From positions 1,440,001 to 1,504,000 of the forward strand of contig OZ219856.1 in NCBI GenBank assembly GCA_964291395.2: a stretch of 64,000 nucleotides of DNA, read 5' to 3'. Shown here one piece after another: positions 36,394-45,222 of this stretch; the first letter of the stretch is position 1; every line of letters begins with the position of its first letter. Position numbers and translations under genes: made by a program. The notes beneath the pieces were generated by a model that saw nothing but the letters and a program-made list of their open reading frames with translations, searched no databases and was not told where the DNA came from. Source of the stretch: Alphaproteobacteria bacterium (lineage in GTDB: Bacteria; Pseudomonadota; Alphaproteobacteria; UBA2966).

Positions 36394-38454
36394 GATCCGG
36401 TCCCGTTCCAATCTTCGGCGAGCGCGCCGACGGTGACGACGAGGTTGCCGGCGGCGTCCACGCATACGTCGCATTCTGGCTCGATAACGGTCGTCGTATC
36501 CAGTTGCTCGACGATCGCGGGCCCGCTGAATTCGGGTTCCCGGCGGCAGGTCCTCCCGACGAAGGACGGGTGTTTCCCGCCACCCGCTCCGGTACCAGAC
36601 ACGGCGCTCCACACCCGATCCTTTCCCGCCGTTCCTGCCGCGGGTCGCCGGCGCGGCGAGCTCCGTGCCCGTTCTCCGGCCGATCACGGCGGTATGCAGA
36701 TTGACGAGCACCGCCTTGATCTCCGGAAGATCGACGGCGAAGCGGTCCCAATACACCTCCTCGAACATCCTGCGCAGCTCGTCGCGGGTGATGTCGGGCG
36801 ACGGAAGCGGGACCGTGAGGATGTGGCTCTGCCCCGCGAACTGCATGTCCGCGTCGTGCACGAAACGCAGATCCTCGACCTCGATCCCCTCCCGCTCGAC
36901 GGTCTCCCGGCCTTCCGCCATCTGCGCCTCGAGGATCGATGCGAACAAATCCATGTCGAGCACGTCGAGGGGGGCGTTGACGGTGTTGACGTAGTCGTGC
37001 CGCACGTCCGCGACCACGCAACCGATCGCGCTGGTGATACCGGGTCGGACGGGAACGATGACCTTGGGAATGCCGAGCTCGCGGGCCAGGGCCACGACGT
37101 GCAGGGGGCCGGCGCCGCCGAACGCGAACAGCGCAAAGTCGCGGGGATCCTGTCCGCGCGCGAGGGTCACCATCCGCAAGGCACCGGCCATGCGATTGTT
37201 GGCCACCTGCAGGATGGCGCTGGCGGCCTCGTCGACGTCCAGCCCCAGCGGCGCGCCGATGTCCCTGGAGATCGCGCCACGCACGTGGTCCAGCGTGACC
37301 GGCGAGTCCACCGCCAGCAGCGCGTCAGGGTCGAGTCGCCCCAGGGCGAGGTTGGCGTCGGTAATGGTCGGCCGCTCGCCGCCGCGGCCGTAGCAGACGG
37401 GTCCCGGCACCGCGCCGGCGCTTTCGGGCCCTACCTGAAGCATGCCCGCATCGTCGATCCGTGCGATGGATCCACCGCCCGCGCCAATGGTATGGACGTC
37501 CACCATGGGAACGTGGATCGGCAAGGCATAAGCGAGCTCGAGCTCGGAGCTGACCTGGGGGATGCCGTCCCGAATGATGCCCACGTCGCAGCTCGTCCCA
37601 CCCATGTCGTAGGTGACGACGTCCATGAACCCGGCGCGCCCCGCGGTGTGGGCAGCGGCCATCACGCCCGACGCCGGGCCCGACATCACCGTGTTCACGG
37701 CGGCGTCGGAGACGATCCGTGCCGAGACGGTGCCGCCGTTGCCCTGCATGACCAGGAGATCGTTGGCGTATCCCCTCTCCCGCAGTTCTTCGGACAGGCG
37801 ATCGATATAGCGGCGCAGGATCGGTTGAACCGACCCGTTGACCGCGGCCGTGGTGCCCCGTTCGTATTCCCGATATTCCGAGAGGATGGCGTGGCCCATC
37901 GTGACGTGGTCGTTGGGCCAGAGTTCCGCCGCAACTTCGGCGGCGCGGCGTTCATGGGACGGATTGACGTAGGAGTGAAGGAAATGGATCACCAGCGACT
38001 CGACGTCCAGGTCGAGCAGCGTCCGGCATGCCCGTCGCACACCTTCTTCATCGAGGGGCCGATACACCCGACCCTGCGCGTCCATCCGCTCCTCCACCTC
38101 GATACGAAGCTCCCGCGGAATCAAAGGTTCGAATACGCCCTTCAGGCCGTAGGCGTTCGGACGCGTTCTTCGACCCAACTCCAGCACGTCGCGGAATCCC
38201 GCCGTAGTTATGAGCCCGACCCTGGACAGCTTCCGCTCGAGCACCGCGTTCGTCGTCGTGGTGGTGCCGTGCACCACGACTTTCACGTCCGACAGCGCGA
38301 CGCCGGTCTCGGCAATCGCCGCAAGAACGCCGTACGCCTGGTTCTCCGGCGTGCTCGGCACCTTCGCGATACGCGGTTCCCCGCCTTCCGTGTCCGCGAC
38401 GATCAAGTCCGTGAACGTGCCGCCGACGTCGACGCCGATTATGTGATTTCGCAT
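36390..38454 (-). CDS. hyuA: Hydantoinase A / 5-oxoprolinase family subunit, with a 1-nt frameshift at about 36534-36536
   Basis: GVDVGGTFTD, HGTT, SGPASG, DMGGTS, GAGGGS; canonical end GPAIVEQLDTTTVIEP...GNLVV lies in another frame (ORF 36390-36614). Confidence 0.9.
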
Positions 38455-38465
38455 GGCGTTCCTTT

Positions 38466-39356
38466 TCATACGGGTCCAATGTCGCGGTAGGCGGCGACAT
38501 CCCGTCGCCCTTCGATGGCGTGCGAGCCGACGATCCGGGTTTCGCCCTTCAAGGTGAGGGCCGCCGCGACGATCCTCCCGGCCGCCTGCATGCTTCCGGC
38601 GGCATCGGCGCCCCGTCGCAATGCCGTATCGACGGAAGCGGGATCGAGAGTTCCGACATCGACCGTGACGGGGCGCTCGCCCAGGTCACTGTCGGGCTCG
38701 ACGCTCACGGCCGAAACCCGCCGTACCGCCGGGTGATCGACGTCGACGGCGTTGGCGATCAGGGTCGCCGCGACATCCGCATCCGCCGCCGTGCGGGCAA
38801 GCACCGTGACACTGTCGGCGATGCCGAGCGACATGCTGCGCCCCCGCCAACCGCTGGTCGCGATGCCGCGCACCGGTGTCTCGAAGGAGACCTCCGCCCG
38901 GCCGTCCAGGGCGGGAGCATCGAAATCGGACACCATGCCGACCGTGAATCTCTCACCTGCCGCCAGATGCAGCGCGATGTCCCCGCCGTTGTTGACATAC
39001 GCTCTTTTCAAGGTGCGATCTTCCATCGCGGCCGCCAGCGCCGCGTCCGCGACGGCCCCCGCCACCGCCGCCATGGGGGTCACGAAGACCTTCCGATGGG
39101 GCCGAACCGCGGCGGCCATGCGCCGGGCCACGGGTCCATGGAACTCTTCCCGGATCCGGGACATGGGGGTCCGCAACAATTCGAGCTCGTCCACGAGCCG
39201 ATGCAGCACGCCGTCGAAGAAGCCGGCCACCTGCCGATAGGCGGCCTCGACCTCCGGTTTCGCGCCGAACGCCTCGACGATGAGATCGATCGGGCCATGA
39301 TGGAGATGCAGGCGGCGCCCGTCCGGAAGCATGGCGGACCCGGGTCGGTCCATCAT
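38466..39356 (-). CDS. UPF0280 family protein (ApbE superfamily)
   Basis: HHGPIDL, TPMAAVAGAVAD, NNGGDIA, ATSGWRGRSMSLGIAD. Confidence 0.9.
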   Translation of the reverse strand: MMDRPGSAMLPDGRRLHLHHGPIDLIVEAFGAKPEVEAAYRQVAGFFDGVLHRLVDELELLRTPMSRIREEFHGPVARRMAAAVRPHRKVFVTPMAAVAGAVADAALAAAMEDRTLKRAYVNNGGDIALHLAAGERFTVGMVSDFDAPALDGRAEVSFETPVRGIATSGWRGRSMSLGIADSVTVLARTAADADVAATLIANAVDVDHPAVRRVSAVSVEPDSDLGERPVTVDVGTLDPASVDTALRRGADAAGSMQAAGRIVAAALTLKGETRIVGSHAIEGRRDVAAYRDIGPV

Positions 39357-40885
39357 GCCTTCGCCCCGGGGAATGAAGCGTCATCGAGGGGCCAGGGCGA
39401 TCCGCCGGACCAGGCTTCCTGGCGTACACCGTCCGCATCGATGTCTTCCAGCTCGCGGATACTGTCCGTGTGTCCGCCGAGCGCCGCGTAGTCTTCTCGA
39501 CCCAAGGTGAACTCGATGGGGGCCACGATGGCCGGTGTCGGAACGTACCCGAACCCGTTTGCCGGCAAGCGGGTCACGTCCACCATGATCGTGATCCCGC
39601 CCCCGGGCCATACGAATGCCGGAGCTCCGCCGCAAGTGACCCGCGTCAACGTCCGGTGCACCGAATGGGTCAACCGGACCGGGTTTTCGGTGACGCCGGC
39701 ACGGAGACTGCCTCCCGCGCCCGCCATGAACAGAATCGACGTCAGGGCCGGTTCGCAGTTTTCGCCGATCCGACTCACGACCATGTCGAGATGCTCCGGC
39801 ATGGCCGCGGGTTCCGGCTCCAGGTCCTCATCGAGAACGAAGTACGCGGAATCCTCTCCCGTCGTGCTGACCATGAGAAGGCGCAATCCCGGGCGCGCCT
39901 TCTTCGGGTCGATCTTCTCGATGATCGCGAGGGGATCCGTGACGTCCGTGCCACCCCAGCCGCTCCCCGGCTCCGCGACCTGGAAGTAGCGCCCCGGCGT
40001 CGAGCGGCGACCGCGGACCCGGATTCCGGACGGCTCCATTCCCAGAAAGCGGCCGGCCTGATGCTCGCTCAGCACGCCGGTGATGTGGTCGTCGACGACG
40101 ATGACCTCGTCGGCATGGCCGTGCCACTGCTTGGCGAATATGCCGATGGTGGCGGATCCGCAGCCGACCCTCATGCGCTCCTCCTCGAGATCGTCGATGA
40201 CCGGAGGCCGGCCGGCCTGCAGCGTGAGGCTCGCGCCGCCTTCGACGGTGAGGTCGACGGCCTCTCCATTGCAAAGATCGAGCATCATCCGACAGGTGAC
40301 GGTCCCCTCCTTCTTGCTGCCTCCCGTCAAATGCCGGACGCCTCCGAGCGCCAGCATCTGCGAGCCGTACTCGGCCGTGGTGACGTGACCCACCTGCTCC
40401 CCTTCGCAGCGAACCGGCGCGGTCTCGGGTCCGACGTAGCGGTCGGTGTCGATCTTCGCCTTCAGGCCGCAGTAGCTGAAGATTCCTTCGGAGACGACCG
40501 TCACCATGTCGATGCCCCGATGCTCGCCCGCGACGATGAACGGCGCGGGTTTGTAGTCCGGGTACGTGGTTCCCGAACCGATCCCGGTGACGAAGGTATC
40601 CGCGGGGCGCAGCACGGTGCCGTCCCAGTCGCCCTCTCCGGCGAAGGGAACGGCATTTCCCGACGCGTCCGTGACCTTGCGCATCACCGCCATGGGGTCC
40701 ATGCGGGTGAGCACGCCGTCCATGTTGCCGTAGCGGTCGCAGGCACCGGTCCGCCCCGGCCGTATCCGGCACAGCACCGGACAGGCGTCACACGTGATCA
40801 CCCCCGCGGTCTTGTCGCGCGGGGCGGCTTCCGGAGTGCCGGAGCCGGCGGTATCCACCTCGGTACGGGTCGGCCTGTCTGACAT
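39353..40885 (-). CDS. hnr: 6-hydroxynicotinate reductase-like Fe-S flavoprotein
   Basis: CDACPVLC..CDRY, TTYPDYKPAPFIV, SYCG, EYGSQML, MRVGCGSATIG, GAGGSLRAGV, WPGGGI. Confidence 0.85.
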   Translation of the reverse strand: MSDRPTRTEVDTAGSGTPEAAPRDKTAGVITCDACPVLCRIRPGRTGACDRYGNMDGVLTRMDPMAVMRKVTDASGNAVPFAGEGDWDGTVLRPADTFVTGIGSGTTYPDYKPAPFIVAGEHRGIDMVTVVSEGIFSYCGLKAKIDTDRYVGPETAPVRCEGEQVGHVTTAEYGSQMLALGGVRHLTGGSKKEGTVTCRMMLDLCNGEAVDLTVEGGASLTLQAGRPPVIDDLEEERMRVGCGSATIGIFAKQWHGHADEVIVVDDHITGVLSEHQAGRFLGMEPSGIRVRGRRSTPGRYFQVAEPGSGWGGTDVTDPLAIIEKIDPKKARPGLRLLMVSTTGEDSAYFVLDEDLEPEPAAMPEHLDMVVSRIGENCEPALTSILFMAGAGGSLRAGVTENPVRLTHSVHRTLTRVTCGGAPAFVWPGGGITIMVDVTRLPANGFGYVPTPAIVAPIEFTLGREDYAALGGHTDSIRELEDIDADGVRQEAWSGGSPWPLDDASFPGAKA

Positions 40886-40888
40886 GGT

Positions 40889-43800
40889 TCAGCCCCCTTT
40901 CCGCTCCAGCAAGGCGGCGCGGACCCGGTCGGGCGTGGCCGGCAAGCTGCGAATGCGCACGCCCGTCGCGTCGTCTATGGCGCTCAGGATGGCGGGCGCC
41001 GTCGGGATCAAGGCAGGCTCTCCGATCCCCTTGGCGCCGTACGGACCGAGCGGCTCCTCGTCCTCGACGACGATGCATTCGATGTCGGGCACGTCGCCCA
41101 CGGTTGGAATCAGATAGTCGTGCAGGTTCTCGGTGCGGCCGGGGACGTACTCCTCCATGAGGGCGAACCCGATGCCCTGGGCAATACCGCCGTGGATCTG
41201 ACCTTCCACCTGCGTCGGATTGATCGCCCGGCCCACGTCATGCGCCGCGGCAAATCGCAAAGGACGAACAAGGCCGAGCTCCGTGTCGACATCCACCTCG
41301 ACGATCTGCGCGGCGAATCCGTAGGTCGCATAGGGCTCGCCTTGACCATCGCCGTCGAGCGGGGTCGTCGGCGGATCGAAGGTTCCGCGTCCTCTCAGCA
41401 CGTCGCTACCGTCGATTTCCGGGAGCCGCGACAGATCGACGTGGCGCGCGGCATCTCCGTCGGTCACGATCAGTTCGGCGCCTTTCACCTGAATACGCGC
41501 ATCGGGGCTGGCGTTGGAGAGACGGAGCACTTGCGCCCGCAGGTCCTCGCCGGCGAGGCGCGCCGCGTTGCCCGAGACCAATGCCTGCCGCGAGGCGGAG
41601 GACTTGCCGGCATCCAGCGTCAGATCGGTATCGCCCATCACGTGGTCGAACGCATCCACGGGCACGCCGAGCGCGTCGGCACAGATCTGAACCATGATGG
41701 TAGTGGTGCCCTGACCGATTTCCTGCGCGCCGTTGTAGAGGGTGATCCGGCCGCGCCGATCGATGCCCACTTCCATGATCGAGGGATTGGACATCGAGGT
41801 GTTGCCGATGCCGTACCACATGCATCCGATGCCGACACCGCGTCTGTGGGCGTTGCCGTCCATGTTGAATTCCGCCGCGAGCTCTTTCCAGCCTCGCCAT
41901 CTCGATCGCAGGGCTTCGAGGCACTGAACGAGGCCCACGCTGTGGATCAGCCGCTGTGACGTGGGTGTTTCGTCTCCCGCGCGGATGGCGTTGAGCAGGC
42001 GGAATTCGAGACGGTCCATTCCCAGTTCGTCCGCCAGGGCGTCCATCAGGCCTTCGTGCGCCAACGAAGCCTGGGGCACGCCGAATCCCCGGAAAGCGCC
42101 CGAAGGGGGGCCATTCGTATGAATGGCGCGGGAATGCGCCTCGACGGCCGGAACCGCGTACGGTCCGGAAGCGTGCACCGGCACCCGATCGGCCACCGTG
42201 GGTCCCCAAGAGGCATAGGCGCCCGTGTCGAAATCCCCTTCAAAGCGATAGGCCGTCAGCCTGCCCTCCCGATCGGCGGCCGCCCTAGCCGATATCCGCG
42301 AGGGGTGCCGTTTCGTGGAGGCGGCCATCGACTCGGGCCGCGTATAGACGCAGCGAACGGGCCGCTCCAGATGCCACGCGGCGACCGCCAGGATCGGCTG
42401 CACGGAAACGTCGAGCTTGCCGCCGAACCCGCCGCCGCAGGCCGTGGGCGAGATCCGGATGCGGCCGGGCTCGAAACCCATGACCTGGGCGACCTCGTCC
42501 CGGTCCATGTAGGGAGACTGGGTCGATGCATGAATTTCGATGCGATCGCCCAGGCGCAGCGCACAGCCCGCTTCCGGTTCGATGTAGGCATGCTCGACGT
42601 ACGTCGTTTCCCAGTCGCCGCCGACTTGCACGTGCGCGCGGCCGAGGCCGGCATCGACGTCACCTTTCTTCAATCGTCCACGGGTCAGGACGTTGCCGGG
42701 ACAGCCGGCGTGAAGCTGCGGCGCTTCCTCGGCGAGCGACGAAGCGATGCCGGTGACGGGTGCCAGAGGTCGCCAATCGATGGGGAGGTCTTCGTCGCGG
42801 ACGGACTCGACCGCGCCCCTCTCGCCCACCAGCGCGACGACCGCATCTCCCGGGTACCGAACGACGTCTTTGGCGAGAACCATCTGGTCCTTGATGTCCG
42901 GATAGATCCCGAAGCCATTGTTTCCGGGAATGTCCGCCCACGTCAGGACGCGCTCCAGGCCGGGCGTCCGGTCGACGAGGTCGTCGAAATCTCCGAGCGT
43001 GAAGCCGGCGTGAGCGTAGGGTGACCGGACGATGCGCAACCACAATGCGTTCTCCGGCACACGATCGGCACCGTAGACCGCTTCCCCTCTCAGTTTTTCC
43101 GGAGCGTCGAGGCGCTTGAGCCGCGCGCCGACCGCGGCGCCGGCCGCCGGCTCGGCATCCTCCGGTAACACGGAGTCATTCGCGGCCGTGAGAACGGCGG
43201 CGACGATACTGCGGTATCCGGTGCATCGGCAGAGCACGCCGCCCAGCGCGTCGCAGATCTCCTGCTCCGTGACCAGCTCCCCGTCCTTGCGGGACAGAAG
43301 ATCGCTGGCCGCCATCAGCATGCCGGGCGTGCAGATGCCGCATTGCGCGGCACCCCGGGAATCGAATGCCGACTGAAGACGCGACAACGCGCCGTTTGCC
43401 GCGAGGCCCTCGACGGTAGAGATCCGTCGACCCGCGGCCTGCGCGACCGGCACCATGCACGCGCAGATCTGGCGGCCATCCATCAGGATCGTGCAGGCGC
43501 CGCAGTCTCCGGCATCGCAGCCGACCTTCGTGCCGGTGAGTCCGAGCTCCTCGCGCAACACGTCCGCGAGGCGCGAGACCGGCGGTGCGGAAACCCGAAC
43601 CGTCTCACCGTTCACGACGAACGCAATGGGTGCGGCGGCCGGTGGCGGCAACCGCCTGCCGACCGTGAATCCGGCGGATCGTGCGGCGGCGGGCGGTCCT
43701 CTTTCCCCGAGCTCGGCGAGAGCCCGGCGCACGCAGGTCAGGGCGGCGTCGTGCCGGTAGGCGGCCGTCCCGCGCACGTCGTCGATGGGGGTCAAGGCGC

Positions 43801-44542
43801 GGAAGTGATCCGGCTGCGGGACGTTCGCCAGATCGGCATGCAGGGGCCGGCCGATCAGCATCCGCTCGAGATCCGCAAGCCGTCGGGCGACCTCGGAACA
43901 GGAACCGACGGCGATGCGGGCCGCGGCCACCTTTCCGTCTCCGGTATCCTCGAGGATCACGGAGACCATGACGATCGAAATGACGAGGTAGCGCCGGGCA
44001 CCGAGCTTGATGAACGTCGACCGCGAGGGTCCGGTCGGCTTGGGGATCCGCAGGCCGGTGACGAGCTCACCGGGAGACAGGGCGGTCTGCCGGTTGCCGG
44101 TGATGAATTCGGCCAAGGCGACGCGCCGTTCACCATACGCCGATGCGATCTCGACAACCGCATCCAGCGTCAGGAGCGGCGGGACGCCGTCGGCCGCGGG
44201 CGAGGCGTTGCACACGTTCCCGCAAACCGTGCCGGCATTCTGAACCTGCATGCCCCCCACCTCCCGCGCCGCCAGTTGGAGGCCCCGGAAAGACGGTGGG
44301 AGGTCCGCCGCGATCACGTCGCTCCAGGTCGTCGTCGCACCGATTCGGATATGATCGTCCGCTTCGGCGATGCCCTGAAGCTCGGCGACCGCCGTTATGT
44401 CGAGTATGTCTTCATCGATGCGCCGGCCGACCCGCGCGGGATAAAAGTCGGTTCCGCCCGCCAGGACCGTCCAGTCGCGTGCGCTGAGTGCCTGAAGCGC
44501 GGCATCAAGAGCATTGGGGCGCAAATAGGTCCCCATCGCCAC
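40889..44542 (-). CDS. Single-chain xanthine dehydrogenase family molybdo-hydroxylase (FAD + 2x[2Fe-2S] + Mo domains), nicotinate dehydrogenase-like
   Basis: AGGTD...NAGTVCGN..NASPAAD; TGTKVGCDAGDCGAC...QCGIC...CRCTGY; GGGFGGK, AFRGFG, QIHGG, GAKGIGE. Confidence 0.9.
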   Translation of the reverse strand: MAMGTYLRPNALDAALQALSARDWTVLAGGTDFYPARVGRRIDEDILDITAVAELQGIAEADDHIRIGATTTWSDVIAADLPPSFRGLQLAAREVGGMQVQNAGTVCGNVCNASPAADGVPPLLTLDAVVEIASAYGERRVALAEFITGNRQTALSPGELVTGLRIPKPTGPSRSTFIKLGARRYLVISIVMVSVILEDTGDGKVAAARIAVGSCSEVARRLADLERMLIGRPLHADLANVPQPDHFRALTPIDDVRGTAAYRHDAALTCVRRALAELGERGPPAAARSAGFTVGRRLPPPAAAPIAFVVNGETVRVSAPPVSRLADVLREELGLTGTKVGCDAGDCGACTILMDGRQICACMVPVAQAAGRRISTVEGLAANGALSRLQSAFDSRGAAQCGICTPGMLMAASDLLSRKDGELVTEQEICDALGGVLCRCTGYRSIVAAVLTAANDSVLPEDAEPAAGAAVGARLKRLDAPEKLRGEAVYGADRVPENALWLRIVRSPYAHAGFTLGDFDDLVDRTPGLERVLTWADIPGNNGFGIYPDIKDQMVLAKDVVRYPGDAVVALVGERGAVESVRDEDLPIDWRPLAPVTGIASSLAEEAPQLHAGCPGNVLTRGRLKKGDVDAGLGRAHVQVGGDWETTYVEHAYIEPEAGCALRLGDRIEIHASTQSPYMDRDEVAQVMGFEPGRIRISPTACGGGFGGKLDVSVQPILAVAAWHLERPVRCVYTRPESMAASTKRHPSRISARAAADREGRLTAYRFEGDFDTGAYASWGPTVADRVPVHASGPYAVPAVEAHSRAIHTNGPPSGAFRGFGVPQASLAHEGLMDALADELGMDRLEFRLLNAIRAGDETPTSQRLIHSVGLVQCLEALRSRWRGWKELAAEFNMDGNAHRRGVGIGCMWYGIGNTSMSNPSIMEVGIDRRGRITLYNGAQEIGQGTTTIMVQICADALGVPVDAFDHVMGDTDLTLDAGKSSASRQALVSGNAARLAGEDLRAQVLRLSNASPDARIQVKGAELIVTDGDAARHVDLSRLPEIDGSDVLRGRGTFDPPTTPLDGDGQGEPYATYGFAAQIVEVDVDTELGLVRPLRFAAAHDVGRAINPTQVEGQIHGGIAQGIGFALMEEYVPGRTENLHDYLIPTVGDVPDIECIVVEDEEPLGPYGAKGIGEPALIPTAPAILSAIDDATGVRIRSLPATPDRVRAALLERKGG

Positions 44543-44560
44543 CCGGCCTCATTACAATCC

Positions 44561-44580
44561 AGTGTTCGTGTACGAACACT
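44561..44580. promoter_or_regulatory. Perfect palindrome, probable repressor operator of the Mo-hydroxylase/hnr operon
   Basis: AGTGTTCGT-GT-ACGAACACT, about 19 nt upstream of the start; minus-strand TTGACA at 44607-44602. Confidence 0.7.
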
Positions 44581-44694
44581 AGAAAGGTATCGTGCTCGCG
44601 CTGTCAAGGTCGCTACGCGACTCGCGATTATGTCCTTGGCGGCCAGCGAACGCCCGGCCCGAAGCCTGGTCAGGCTCACCGGCAATAGGGCGTT

Positions 44695-44955
44695 TCAGAT
44701 CTTCATAACCGTTTCGCCACGCGCGACATCAACGATCACATCGGCGCACGTCGTCGCGTCGCCACTTCTCGCCAACAATTCCACCGCCGTTTGTTTCCAT
44801 CTGAAAAGCCGTGATTCGAAACGATCCCATGAACCAATGCGGCCGCCTTCTGATGGATTAACCGGTGGTAGCCGTGATACGGGCGAGCAAGGGCGGAGCG
44901 AATCGATGTTCGCTCACAATCCCCTCAGAACCCCCATGCTGAAGTGCCTCGTCAT
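44695..44955 (-). pseudogene. Doc/Fic family toxin pseudogene
   Basis: Manual translation across frames: MTRHF/HGGSEGIVSEH/IRSALARPYHGYHRLIHQKAAALVHGIVSNHGFSDGNKR/TAVELLARSG; motif HGFSDGNKR at 44813-44787. Confidence 0.85.
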
Positions 44956-44986
44956 GGCCCGAACTCCAGGTGACGCGGTAAGCCGT

Positions 44987-45118
44987 TTACCATTCGCCAA
45001 CACCCATCGCTTTCCGCCGCTTCACGGACGTCTCCTTGATGATCCTCTCCGAAGTCGGCGTCACAGTGCGCGCTGTGCTGGCTTTGGTCGTCACAGTCTT
45101 GGCGGAATGCTTACTCAT
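44987..45118 (-). CDS. Small basic protein upstream of the doc remnant (putative antitoxin, possibly 3'-frameshifted)
   Basis: MSKHSAKTVTTKASTARTVTPTSERIIKETSVKRRKAMGVGEW; an adjacent frame gives ...AM-x-VLAN, resembling the helical end of Phd-type antitoxins. Confidence 0.5.
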   Translation of the reverse strand: MSKHSAKTVTTKASTARTVTPTSERIIKETSVKRRKAMGVGEW

Positions 45119-45222
45119 AGACCGTGGCGTTTTCGTTCTTCGTCATCGTAAGACCCTCTGGGACAAGCTATCAGCCCTTTATCCCCCTGCCACGGGGCTC
45201 TCCGCAGCGAACCGAAGCCTGC

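Noticed and set aside
34870-38490. Very long plus-strand ORFs antisense to real genes (1206 aa here; also 52448-56263, 47549-49156, 43343-45151, and minus-strand 18315-20105)
   Set aside because: Shadow ORFs typical of high-GC coding DNA; no motifs, and the opposite strand carries clear families
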